Below are positions 1 to 14,230 of a stretch of DNA of 64,000 nt, piece after piece. The stretch comes from Octopus sinensis. Taxonomy: Eukaryota. The stretch is taken from assembly GCF_006345805.1 (NCBI RefSeq), contig NC_043003.1, positions 108,872,001 to 108,936,000 of the forward strand, given 5' to 3'. Made by a program: the position numbers and the translations under genes. Numbering within the stretch: position 1 is the stretch's first letter; each line of letters starts with the position of its first letter. The notes under the pieces were generated by a model. The model was given only the letters and a program-made list of their open reading frames with translations. It ran no database searches and was not told where the DNA came from.

Positions 1-2197
<2,197 letters not shown>

Positions 2198-2198
2198 T

Positions 2199-2380
2199 CG
2201 CCATGATAGATCCTTAGCCACTACACACATTTTTTCTCTCCTTGTTTTTTCTGTGTCCCTTTCTGTAGAAGAGCGTAGGCTCGAAACGTAAAAGACTTTC
2301 TATTCCTGAGTGTTATACTAATACATCTGTTTGTTTTCTACACCACCTGTCTTCGTCTTGTTTTTTTCGTAAACTCTCCC
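2199..2380 (+). mobile_element. Short Penelope-like element terminal fragment with hammerhead-like motif
   Basis: Motif GAAGAGC-GTAG-GCTCGAAACGT (2268-2289), resembling PLE terminal repeats, embedded between microsatellites. Confidence 0.55.
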
Positions 2381-2397
2381 TATATATATATATATCT

Positions 2398-2431
<34 letters not shown>

Positions 2432-2794
2432 CACATGAAATTGTTTTTATCTGTAGCAAGTATTTCATGCCTGAAAGCAAATGTACTTCATCTTAGCTCC
2501 AGTTTAATTTTCCTGGTGGAATAATATTTCTAATCAGTCAGTATTCCATATCATATATAAATAAATCATAGAAGTTGAGTCTTCAACAACACCCAACATT
2601 TCATTTTAATGACCAGATAATATTAATACACACATAGTTTTGTCATCCAAAACCCAGTGTATAATATTAGCTATAACTCCATTGTCTCCTGAGACAAAAA
2701 GGATGCCAACAACAACAACAACGTGTGTGTATATATTCTTTAATTCTGTTATTTGTTTCAGTCATTTGACTGTGGCCATATCTACATATTTATC

Positions 2795-2967
2795 AATAAT
2801 CATCGTGTAATGTCCGTTCTCCATACTGGCATGGGTTGGATGGTTTGACAGAAGCTGGCCAGCCAGAGAACTTTCTAGACTCCAATTGTCTGTTTTGGCA
2901 TGGTTTCTATAGCCGGATGCCCTTCGTAATGCCAACCACTTTAGTGAACTGGGTGCTTTTTAAATGC

Positions 2968-2970
<3 letters not shown>
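2795..2970 (-). mobile_element. RTE-LINE 3' UTR fragment ((GAT)n-tailed family)
   Basis: Shares ccat.ctggcatgggttgga...ggatgccctt...gccaaccac with the copies at 16070, 19700, 35935 and 44559. Confidence 0.8.
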
Positions 2971-3008
<38 letters not shown>

Positions 3009-3418
3009 GAAAATATGTACTAATGGAAAACCTCTACAAATGGCTGATGATTGCTCAACATTTTAAAACTGTTGTAATACTTACAATGTTTAATAAAATG
3101 ATGTAGCATGAAACAATTGTACCAAATTACCGAAGATATTCTTTTTGCTTATTTTGCTTATAATCACCCCATGGATTTATATGGATAACACCGTACAAAA
3201 TTCTGGTGCATCTGACAATTTTGCTGAACACACACACACACTAGACTACCCGTGATCCGTTAGGTCACCAATAATTCAAGGTCCTGGGAAAGTCTGAGTT
3301 TCTCAGCAATGGAGTTTTTGTTTTGTGGGTTATTTTTTTTTCCCGGTTATTTAACATGCTTTTAACAAATGTGACATCGAAATCATGCATAAACAGTTCC
3401 TTTTCCCTAGAAAAGGAA

Positions 3419-3533
3419 AGATTTGGCTGCTATTTCTTGCACGCCCTGCTATCATGTAACAGGTATTTTGGGTCCTTTATCACAAATAGCTGTTACGTGA
3501 TAGCAGGACGGGCTAGAAATAGCAGCCAAATCT
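3419..3533. repeat. 44-bp inverted repeat (hairpin) with 27-nt loop, built from a dispersed MITE-like motif
   Basis: Arms 3419-3462 and 3490-3533 pair with 4 mismatches. The arm motif gatttggctgctatttctagc recurs near 35055, 40540 and 47375. Confidence 0.85.
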
Positions 3534-4594
3534 TTGGATGTGAGATACACTGAATGCACTCAGAAGAAACCTATGGAAAAAAGCTATTTCACACTGACGT
3601 TACAAATGGGTCTTTTATAAAATATTTACTGTATTTTTTTAAGTCATTTTCACAATATTTTGCCCATCATAATGTGTCTAATGGAAGGGTTAGAGTTTCT
3701 TCCCTTCCAGGGTTAAGTTATTTTCAGAGTATTTTCCCCATTATGCACCATTTTGGGTATTTATACTCCACAAACCCCGAATATCTCAATAGGCACTGGT
3801 CTGATTTATGCAAAATTTGTTTTATTCCATTTGTATTCATATTTCAAGGGCACTTTACATTCAAAATATTTTCCCATTATGTGGCAGTTTGGCTGTGTAA
3901 CACTGCAAGCAAGCAAGACTGAAGTTCATTTTTAATGTTATATATATATATATTTATTTATTTATTTAGGTGCAAGAGTGGTTCTGTGCTAAGAACTTTG
4001 CTTCCTAACCACATGGTTCTGGATTCAGCAGTACTGCGTGGAACTTTGGGCAAGTGTCTTCTACTGCAGCCTCCAGGCAGACCAATGCCTTGAGTGAATT
4101 TGGTAGGCAGTGTGTGTGTGTGTGTGTGTGTGTGTTTTTCTTTCTGTCAAGCAACCTGAACAAATGATTTGGTTATAGCGATCAAATGTTCAGGCTGCAC
4201 ATTACCTCTCCATTAAATCGACGTTGTCTGAAAAGGTGCACAGTGTATAATGTGTCAGGTGTTGAAGTGAATGCAGAGCAACAGGAGATGAATTGTTTTT
4301 CTCAAGAACACTATGCACCATCTGGTCTAGGAATTGAAATTACTATCTTGCAATTGTGAATCCAAAACCCTAACCATTAAGCCATCTGCCCTCATACTGT
4401 CATCGTCATCGTTTAATGTCCATCTTCCATGCATGCATGGCTAGGACAGTTCACAGGAGAGCTGGCCAGGTAGTAAAACTACCGTATGCTAGTCTGTTTT
4501 GGCAGGGTTTTTACGGCTGGATGCCCTTCCTAACACCAAGCACTCTGCAGAGTGGACTCAGTGCTTTACCAAATCTTGTAATGTCAGTTGATTA

Positions 4595-4646
<52 letters not shown>

Positions 4647-5946
4647 TCTTTGTGCTAATACTAGCTAAATGGACAAATTTTTTATCAGCTTTGTTTTTTA
4701 GTCTTTTCAAGAATGATATCAGCATAGTGCTATAAGCATTTTAAAACGACACATCACCATCATCTTTTAATGTCCATCTTACAAGTTAGCATAAGTTGGA
4801 CAGTTTGACAAGACACAACTGACTTGAGGATTGCATCGTGCTTCTATTGCTCCAATATCTGTTTTGACATGGTTTCTGCTTTGAGTGTCTTTCCTAACAT
4901 TGACTACATAACAGAGAATACTTGGTACTTTTACCAGACACCGGCACTAGTGATATTGTCATGCACCTTGCAAGCAGAGGTTAAAGTATAAAAGAAGGGC
5001 CAAGACAGGTCATTTGTTTCCTACCTTTTAATAAATATTTAAAATTTTTTAAAAAGTGTTAAGTGAAGTGACAGAATAATAGATTTCATCATAACACTTT
5101 AAAAAAAAAATACTGACCTAACTAAAAACGCTTCTGTATGTGTGTCTGACACAATACTTAACAGCAAGTTTCCAACACATTATGTTCAGAGTTCAAACTC
5201 CACAGAGGCCAACTTTACCTTTCATAATTCCAGGGTCATAAATACCAGTCAATCATCGGGATTGATATAATTGATTGACCTACTTTACCTTAAAAAAAAT
5301 TACTGGCTTCCTGTCAAAATCTGAAACCATAATTAAAAGGTATGTAAAATCTAATTTATATCAAAAGGTAACCAACCTTTCTTTTTGCTAAAACATTTCC
5401 TCCTGCCTCCCTCTCCTTTCATAAAGTAAAAACAGAGTATAATTAAGTAATCCTGAATTTCCTTGCACTGATGAGTTTCAAGTAAATTGAAATAGCTATA
5501 CTCAGGTCGTTATAGTTGAATACGAATATTAAAGAGTCTATAGTTGAAATGAGAAAAAGAAAAGAAAAACCAGTAAATAAATACGTAAATATTACATTGT
5601 ATACTCTATCCCATCCAACTCAAATTTTCTTCCCTAATGGAAAAAAACCCAACCTAATCTTTCCCTTGCAATGGTTAACAAATAAATGATCACTGAAACG
5701 ACAGCTTTCAAGATTAATAAACTGACTCTACAAGATTTGGTAAAGCCAGAGTGGTCTGGCCAACCAACACAAGAGATTTAATGAATGACATTTAATGGCA
5801 CAGGCCATTGGTTGATAATATCAAATTCCACCACTCATGCAACTGACTTATGATAGCTGATGTGATTCAAAACTTGAAGTTACTATCACTTTCAACTCAC
5901 TGAAGTTTGGATACAAGAAGCATTTGATATGGATTTGTAAACCAAC

Positions 5947-6025
5947 CTGATCATCCCGACACATAGCTGCATGTATGGGGGCAGGGCAGAACAGTATGAG
6001 GATAGTGATCTCAAGACAATTCCAT
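5947..6025 (-). CDS. Candidate internal exon (79 nt), product unknown
   Basis: Acceptor ttttgttcatctgtAG, donor CAG|gttggt. Two frames are open (DGIVLRSLSSYCSALPPYMQLCVGMI or WNCLEITILILFCPAPIHAAMCRDDQ). Unique sequence. Confidence 0.3.
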
Positions 6026-7502
6026 CTACAGATGAACAAAATACTTCAATCTATACATATTGACCACCAATGAAAAAATGTTTTATAAAAAACACTTTAT
6101 AGACTTGCAAAACCATTAGAGTGGTAGACAGGCAAAAATCATTAAAATTGGACAATATACTTTGCAGTATTCAGTTACAGCTTTTTTTTAGCCAGAGACC
6201 AAATTCCACGAAGGTCAACTTCGTCTTTTATCATTTTTTTTTAGATAAACGACAAAGTACTGGCCAAATATAAAGGATGGTATTATCATTTAACATGCTT
6301 CCCCAAAAACTTTTGGCCTTCTGCTTAAAATAGAAACGTTATTAACCCTTCTGATACTAAGCCACCTGAGACTATCCCTTGTTTTAAAGTGATTTAAATT
6401 AACACTTTCTGTCAGAATTTTTATGTTAATTTATGTTCTAAACACCAGACTAACAACAACAAAGTTGTTTCAATAAATTCTTTAATTTCAAAATTGATTG
6501 AAACAAAGGCAGTTTTTTTTGCAAAAAAATATGGAAGTGAAATGTTTAAAGAGTGACAAACTGCCAGAATCCTTAGTTTATTGAGAGAAAGGCCTTGCAG
6601 TACTTCTTCCAACTTATTACATTCAGAGCTCAGATCCCACTCAAGTCAGTTTTGCCCTTCATCTTTTTGAGGGTTAATAAAATTAAGGTACTCATCTAGT
6701 ATTTGAGTCAATGTTATCAACTAGTGCCCTTCCCTAAAAATTTCTAGCTATTTGCCTAAATTAGAAACAACTATTACCACACATGGAGTAATATATACAT
6801 TTTTTTTCTTTTATCATATACATCACACTAGTGTAATCATGTTGTCAATAATGACAGCTAATGTTTATTTTAGATAAACGTATTGAAAATATTAAAATAT
6901 GAAAATAAAAAACTATTATTTTTTTTTTAATACAGTGATTTACACACTGTAACAGACTTTGCATTGAACAATCATTAATAGTAGAAAAAAAATATTCTCT
7001 TTGGTTCAATATTTGTTTTAGATATTAATATTAAGCCAATTCTAGAGGAAAAAAATTTATCTTGAATCAATCTGAACAGGTACAGGCTTTAGACATACTA
7101 TTTAATCTAATAATTTTTTTTTATTTCACTTTTAGTGAAAAACATTTGTTGTCAAAAAGATTTCCTTGGCTATATTTATTTTCTATGTGTAGTTTTGAAC
7201 TATCGTTTCTAATTCAACTGATTGCCAGTAAGGAAAGAAGGGAGACAGTAAATACACTCCAACACGAGTGAATGACCAGACCTTGTGATCTGTTAATGAT
7301 CATTGCAGATATTGAAATAATGGGAAAGATATTTGCTTAACTCTTCTGATAGCAACACCACACCTCAGGAGCCACATTTTATTCTATGATATAAAGTTCC
7401 TTTTTTTTTTTTTAAGTTGAGACCATCCATTGTGAATTTCTTTCTAAATAGGAATAAAAATTAGAAGCTATTTTCAAAATTAACAGAAACAAAGGCAATA
7501 TA

Positions 7503-7725
7503 TATTTCTTTATTGCCCACAAGGGGCTAAACATAGAGGGGACAAACAAGGACAGACAAAGGGATTAAGTCGATTACATCGACCCCAGTGTGTAACTGGT
7601 ACTTAATTTATCGACCCTGAAAGGCAAAGTCGACCTTGGTGGAATTTGAACCCAGAACAACAGCAAACGAAATATGGCTACGCATTTTGCCCGGTGTGCT
7701 AACGTTTCTGCCAGCTCACCACCTT
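7503..7725 (-). mobile_element. SINE family B, near full-length
   Basis: Reverse complement of the 7958-8189 copy. Other copies at ~16444, 22440, 26190, 26410, 28230, 53655 and 57855. Confidence 0.9.
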
Positions 7726-7957
7726 CTAAGGCAATATATTTCAAAAGAAATAAAGTAACAAAGTATAGTGAAAATCTGTAACCAAGTGATTAAGGTGTTG
7801 CATTTACAATGGCTAGATCATGGGTTTTGATTCTCAGACCAAATGGTGTGTTGTTTTCTTGAGCAAAACACTTCATTTCACACTACTTTGCAGGTGGGTG
7901 AGTGGCAGAATTGTCAGTGTTGTCGGCAGAAATGCTTTATGATATCTCTACATATTT

Positions 7958-8189
7958 AAGGTGGCGAGCTGGCAGCAATGTTAGCACGCTGGGCGAAATG
8001 CGAAGCTGTATTTCGTCTGCTGTTACGTTCTGAGTTCAAATTCCGCCTAGGTTGACTTTGCCTTTCATCCTTTCAGGGTCGATAAATTAAGTACCAGTTA
8101 CGCACTGGGGTTGATGTAATCGACTTAATCCGTTTGTCTGTCCTTGTTTGTCCCCTCTATGTTTAGCCCCTTGTGGGTAATAAAGAAAC
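7958..8189 (+). mobile_element. SINE family B, full-length
   Basis: ggtggcgagctggcag head, B-box-like gagttcaaattcc, tail gccccttgtgggtaataaagaa. Confidence 0.9.
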
Positions 8190-8481
8190 ATATCTCTACA
8201 TTCTGAGTTCAAATCCCAATAGCTTGGAGAAGGGAACAGGAAATCAATCCAGCATCCATCCTAAGTCTAGTCACAGTATTCAAAGTTCCAGAAGTCTACT
8301 TAACAAATTGGTCCGATTCATTATAGTTGGCCTAAACAACAACAACAACAACAGCAGCAGCAGCAGCAACCACCACCACACTGCTTGTGTGGCAGTGATG
8401 CTCGCTTACAACAATCCTGCAATGCCAAGACACCCATGATAAAAGACAAGGAGACATACCTATGATAAAAGTACCAATGAA

Positions 8482-8859
8482 TACTCTTTTACTTGTTTCA
8501 GTCATTGGACTGTGGCCATGCTGGAGCACTGCCTTTAGTCAAGCAAACCGACCCCAGGACTTGTTCTATGTAAGCCTAGTACTTATTCTATTGGTCTCTT
8601 TTGCTGCACTGCTAAGTTACGGGGATGTAAACACACCACCATCAAATGTCAAGCAAAGTTGGGGGGAGGGGACAAACACAAACACACACATATATACGAC
8701 AGGCTTCTTTCAGTTTCCATCTACCAAATCCACTCACAAGGCTTTGGTCGGCCCGAGACTATAGTAGAAGACACTTGCCCAAGGTGCCACGCAGTGGGAA
8801 TGAACCCAGAACCATGTGGTTGGTAAGCAAGCTACTTACCACACAGCCACTCCTACGCC
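8482..8859 (-). mobile_element. SINE family A (tRNA-derived head, internal microsatellite), full-length
   Basis: A-box GTGGCTGTGTGG, B-box-like GGTTCATTCCC, CCTTGGGCAAG motif, tail gactgaaacaagtaaaagagta. Confidence 0.92.
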
Positions 8860-9440
8860 TATACACACACCACACACACACACACACACACACTGGGTTT
8901 CTTTCAGTTTCTCTCAACCAAATCCACTCTCAAGGCTAACCAGGGACTACAACCAAAGACAGAGGGACTGAACCTGAAGCCACATGGTTGGGAAGCAAAC
9001 TTCTTAACCACACACCCATGTCTGTGTCATCATTAATCTTGTGGTTCAGCCCCAAACCCCAATCAAATCTGATCCAGCAGGGCTAAGATCTGAAGTGTTA
9101 CAAATATGACCATCCCATCTTATTTATCACTTTTTTTTTTTTGTTTGAAACAATATATCCAGTGCCCTTCACTTTTTTTTTTTTTTTCAAACAAGAAAAA
9201 GGAATTTGAGAAAGCTTTTGGTGCAATTATTAAGAGGTTAAGCAACCACAAAGGCTTCATTATTGACATCATTTTATTTCCCTGATGACAGAGAAAGAAT
9301 GTTAACAATAGGATCACAGAGTAAGACAAAGTTTCCTTTACCTGTTCTTTTACAGATTGCTGTATGTTTGACGGTACTTCACTCCCTGTGTAATTTCCAT
9401 ATGCTTCTTCAGTTTGTAGATAGGGTGCAGGTTTACTCAC

Positions 9441-9510
9441 CACACCACCACCCACAAGCATGACGTCATCTGGGAAGATGAATGCAGTCGGCTTTTAATC
9501 CCAACATAGG
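9441..9510 (-). other. Candidate spliced exon (70 nt), coding status unclear
   Basis: Very strong acceptor tttttctcttcttatttgcAG and donor GTG|gtgagt. Only one frame is open (AYVGIKSRLHSSSQMTSCLWVVV). Confidence 0.4.
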
Positions 9511-9793
9511 CTGCAAATAAGAAGAGAAAAATATTTATATAAATATGTGAGCAATATGTACATGACAGTGTGTATGTGTTTATGTGTGTTGTTTTAGACT
9601 CAAAATATATTTGTTATTTGATAGATAAATGAAAGATTAAAAATATAATTTAGGAGATTTTTGGTTAAGAGGTGGCAGGAAAGAGTGTTATCAAAACAAA
9701 ATGTTTGGTCTATTAATACAAATGACATAACAGAATATGCAGAAAAAAAATATTATCAGTCTGTGGAAAAAAAAAGTGCAAATATATATTATA

Positions 9794-9825
<32 letters not shown>

Positions 9826-10447
9826 GGAATACAGACAAAAACTGGAATAAAAATAAGAGTTAAAAATGAAGCAGCCATGGAAAAGTGTAATATAGAAAGA
9901 TAGTGAAAAATCACATTCAGACATAAAACATTTAATAGTATCCAATAATGTCAAACAATATGGTTTCTAAAAGCCAACATTTATATTAACTCTCATCTAT
10001 CTGAAGTTGGTCACCAAGTATGATACTAATTCTCAGGTTAGTTAAGTAAACCAGCCAAATGTAACAGTACACTGTTCTGTTTTAAAGTATAATACAATAC
10101 CAAGAGCAATGCTTAAAACCAATAATAAGCAAAAGCCAGAAGTCCAGCATCTTCATTACTCAATTACCACAGACCTATTAAGTGGATATAATATTAATAT
10201 TCTCTAAGAGTAATTACAGAAACACTGGATAAGGTTTCAGAAGAAAGAAGCTAATTTAAACCGAGAATTTGCAACCAGCCAAAGACCATCTCTCTTACTA
10301 ATTAGATGTATCATTAGTTCTTAGAAGAACGTCTATCAGGTTCCAAATATAGATACCTGATATGTAATATATCTGACAATAGGTTTTTACACATTTTCCA
10401 TGCTCGTATGAATGGGGAGAAACTTGCAGACTGCAGCCTCCTCCTAC

Positions 10448-10575
10448 CTCCCACGTGTTTTTCTTGATTCTAAGCACTATGACAAATGCTGCTGACTTGA
10501 CACATTTGTCGTTGGTGGTTTGAAAAACGAAGCCTCTCTTTCTCAAGCTGCACATGATGCGTGCATATAGGTGGT
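10448..10575 (-). CDS. Candidate internal exon (128 nt)
   Basis: Acceptor gggtattgtAG, donor GAG|gtagga. Open frame DHLYARIMCSLRKRGFVFQTTNDKCVKSAAFVIVLRIKKNTWE; no recognised homology. Confidence 0.22.
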
Positions 10576-11238
10576 CTACAATACCCAATAGTAGCAATCA
10601 ACAGTCACTTCTTAGACTACAGACCCCAAAGTCATTCTTCCTTTTTTTTGTTTTTTAACAATAATAAACACCACTTATTCTGTGAAGGTAAGTAAACAGG
10701 AGAGGCTATAGACTACTTATAAACGAAGATATACATTACAATTCTTTTTTTTTTCTCCTTCTTTTCCAACCAGATGATGAAGATTTTAATATAAAAAATA
10801 TAAACTGCCACCGAGTTCCATTTATTTTTCTTATAACCACTTAAGTATTTTGTCAAAATTAGATGCAACAGCAGACCTATTCGTCTCTTAAACGAATGTT
10901 TTGTCACCTAGTTGGCATTATACAGGGTAATAGCCTGCAAAGAGTTGTGTTGGTACTTTAAAGTCTAATAATAACTTCATATGAAATCCCACTCAAATGC
11001 TTATAGTATTCAAAAAGAGAAAAAACTGAGATGAAAACCTGGCCTCTTTTTTTTATATTAACAAATCATGGGAGGGGGGGTAGTATTAAAATTCCATGTC
11101 AAGAAGTTTATATTACAGCAACTGAAAATTTTAAGTAATAATATTTCTATTTATTTGTTACTTATTTTATTTTTACCCTGCAACTTCCTTAAATAGCAAA
11201 GGCTGCAAAGTTCATTGATATTAAATATCTTAAAAGAA

Positions 11239-11586
11239 GTGGGACGTGGCTTTGTGGTAAGAAACTTGTTTCCCATTCACATGGTTCTAGGTTCAGTCCC
11301 ACTGCGTGGCACCTTGGACGAGTGTCTTCTACTATAGCCTTGAGTCGACAAAAGCCTTGTGAGTGGATTTGGTAGACGGAAACTGAAAGAAGCCCGTCAT
11401 GTGTGTGTGTGTGTTTGTCCCCCCACCATTGCTTGACAATTGATGCTGGTGTGTTTATGCCCCCGTAATTTAGCAGTTTGGCAAAAGAGATCGATAGAAT
11501 AAGTACTGGGCTTACAAAAAATAAATCCTGGGGGTCAATTTGTTTGACTAAAGGCAGTGCTCCAGTATGGCCACAGTCAAATGACC
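11239..11586 (+). mobile_element. SINE family A
   Basis: Collinear with the 8482-8859 and 39767-40172 copies. Confidence 0.9.
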
Positions 11587-11644
11587 GCGCAAAAAAAACA
11601 AAAAAGAATTTTAGAAAATAGAGTCTGAAAGTTAAGTTTAGTAA

Positions 11645-12425
11645 GCGCAGGTATGGCTGAGTGGTAAGCAGTTTGCTTCCCAAGCACATGGTTTTGGGTT
11701 TAAGTCTTGTTGTGTGGCACCTTGGGTAGCTTCAGGCCAACCAAAGCCATGTGAGTGGAATGGCAGGTGGAAACTGAAAGAAGCCCACTGTATGTGTGTG
11801 TGTGTGTGTGTGTGTGTAAATGTGTATGTGCATGTGTGTGTGCATGCATGTGTCTTTGTCCCTCACCACTACTTGACAACTGCTGTTGGTGTGTTTATGG
11901 CCCATACTTACTTACTTGTACTTGTGATGGCGTTCACCCAGGGTGGGTTGAGCCGGCTTTTTCTCTCATAGAAGAAGTTTTGTGGGAACATTGAATTCAC
12001 AAGTGGTCCCCAACATCCCGCATACATATCCTGAGTGACGGAACACCCTGTTTGCCGCGGAGTCTCCACAGACACAGAACAACCTCGAAGCCGCCGGTTG
12101 CCAATCAGACGCCTCTTGCAATTTTCACCATAGCCCTGTTGGCCAGGCTGCGGCCCTAATACCGCTCGGTGCCAGACCAAACTGCCTTGGGTGGCCCTAC
12201 CAGGAACTGAAGTTCCCGACGGCATACCTTTGACACTGCCCGTTTACACCACCCTACCTCTTTGAGGAGGGGTTGGACTCATAACTTAGCTGTTCAACAA
12301 AAGAATAAGTATCGGGCTTTGGAAAAAAAAAAAAGAAAAAGGCACCAGGATCAATTCATTTGTCTCAAAATTCAACAAATTTCCCCAGTATGGCTGCAGT
12401 CTAACGGCTGAAACAAGTAAAAGAA
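11645..12425 (+). mobile_element. SINE family A interrupted by an RTE-derived insertion
   Basis: The SINE body stops at ~11904 (gtgtttatggccc) and resumes at ~12280 (cataacttagc...). Confidence 0.75.
11905..12279 (-). mobile_element. Short RTE-derived non-autonomous element, (CAAGTA)n-type tail
   Basis: The 3' ~55 nt closely match the tail of the RTE remnant at 20641. The remainder is GC/CpG-rich and unrelated to that remnant's RT C-terminus. Confidence 0.7.
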
Positions 12426-12814
12426 AAATGATCTGACAAAAAGACCGCTCTGCCTAAAAAATGAATCCCTAAGTAGATAACAGGGAATGTTGTTGCTTGT
12501 GGGATTTTGACATTTTTCTGTGGAAGCAATTTTAAACTTGATTTCTACATTTATAGCTTTATCTTGGGTCCAGCCTTTAAAACAATTCATTTCATATCAC
12601 ACATAGAAAATTCAAACTGTTATTTTAGTCTAATGGTTAGAACATCTGTCATATTCACAGACAATGTAGGTTCAAGTCTCATGTACAGCCTTTGATTTTT
12701 TTTTATTTATCCAAAACTATCTATTTTAAGTTCCACTGTTAAAACCAATTTATTTCATATGTCAAAGTTTCTAAAATTCTTATACTATAAACAAACAGTA
12801 ACAAGCCTCTAGAA

Positions 12815-13130
12815 CATGGGTTCTCAACCATTTTTTTTTATCTATGGATCCCTTTGATTATTATTCTATTCAGGTGGACACTCAGCCATTCAATGTTTAA
12901 AATGTAGTTTTAGAGAAACTTCTTCCAAAATTCTTATTTTGTTTTTCATATATTAATTAGTGTAGAGGTATGTAAAATGTTAGAGAAGGAAACCAAGCTG
13001 TTTCTTGCAATAGATACCAATACATACATTTAAAGCAAAATTTTTTCAGGGGCCCTTAAAAATACTGTGAATCTCCAAAATTCTTATACAGGCCCTTAGG
13101 GGCCATATGGACCCCAGTTGAGAACCACTG
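12815..13130. mobile_element. hAT/Charlie-type MITE
   Basis: TIRs CATGGGTTCTCAAC / GTTGAGAACCACTG. Flanks ctctagaa / ttttagag resemble the NTCTAGAN Charlie target. A related left end lies at ~34793. Confidence 0.8.
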
Positions 13131-14230
13131 TTTTAGAGAATACAGTTAAGTGAAATGGAGACAGCAAAATCATTTTATTAGTTGTAGTAAATCACCACTG
13201 ATTAGAGTAACAAGCACAAACATAAAACCCTAAGCTATTTTTTTTTTTTGCCTTGACCCCTACGATCACTGAAGGCATGTTTTTACCAATTGTTATTACT
13301 ACAAAAAGTAATTTACTCAAGAGTGTAGATGGTTCCGGTTATTATTAACTGCCCCCAACGCATTTTTCTTTCTTTTTTTTTTAAACCAAATTTCTACTAA
13401 AATCCACTGCTGTTTTGTAATCAAGTTTGGAAATACAGAATTTAGGAAAATAAAACTCACTGTTAGTTAAGCATAGGTTAAGATGAAATAATAGTGGAAG
13501 GTTTTAATTTAGATAATTTTAAAACAAGAGATTTGTGTCAAAGAAGCAGGGGTGGTCGAGGGTGGATTGGTTATCAAAAGAACAGGGATAAAATTAGGAA
13601 AGGAATGATTTGAGAATAGGAGGCAGATGAAGATTATTATAAAAGATGGTGTGTAAAGATTCACAAGTAACTACAAGATCGAACCACGTCCAAATGAAAA
13701 GGAGCAAAATAAAATAATGAGGTTTGGCTATGTGGTTACAGAGTTTGTTTTGTAACCTTATGGTTTCAGGTGGCACTCTGGCCAAACAGACTCTACTATA
13801 GCCATGGATTGACCAATGTTTCGCAAGCAAAATTAGTAAACAAACTGTATGGAAGCCCAATGTGTGTGTACTAGTACATGAATGTATGTGTACAAGGGAG
13901 TGTGTGTGGGGATTATTTTCTGCATATCTTCTCAGTGACACTGTATGTAATCTAATACATTCACAAAACACAGAAAACACTTTACTTCAAAATAAGGATT
14001 GATAACAGGAAAGACTGACCATTTGTAGAATATTGCCTTCAGATAGCCCATCCAACCTGGACCAGCATGGGAAAAGCAGGCATAACATTAGTGATGATGA
14101 TGATGGCAAATCTACTTCAAGCATTACAGTTGACCATACACAGCTCAGCCCCAGCCTCCTCCCTACACTGAGTTATCAAATCATTGACAAATGTTACCTT
14201 GAATAGCCTAGTAGTAGTCTATTTGCTTAA

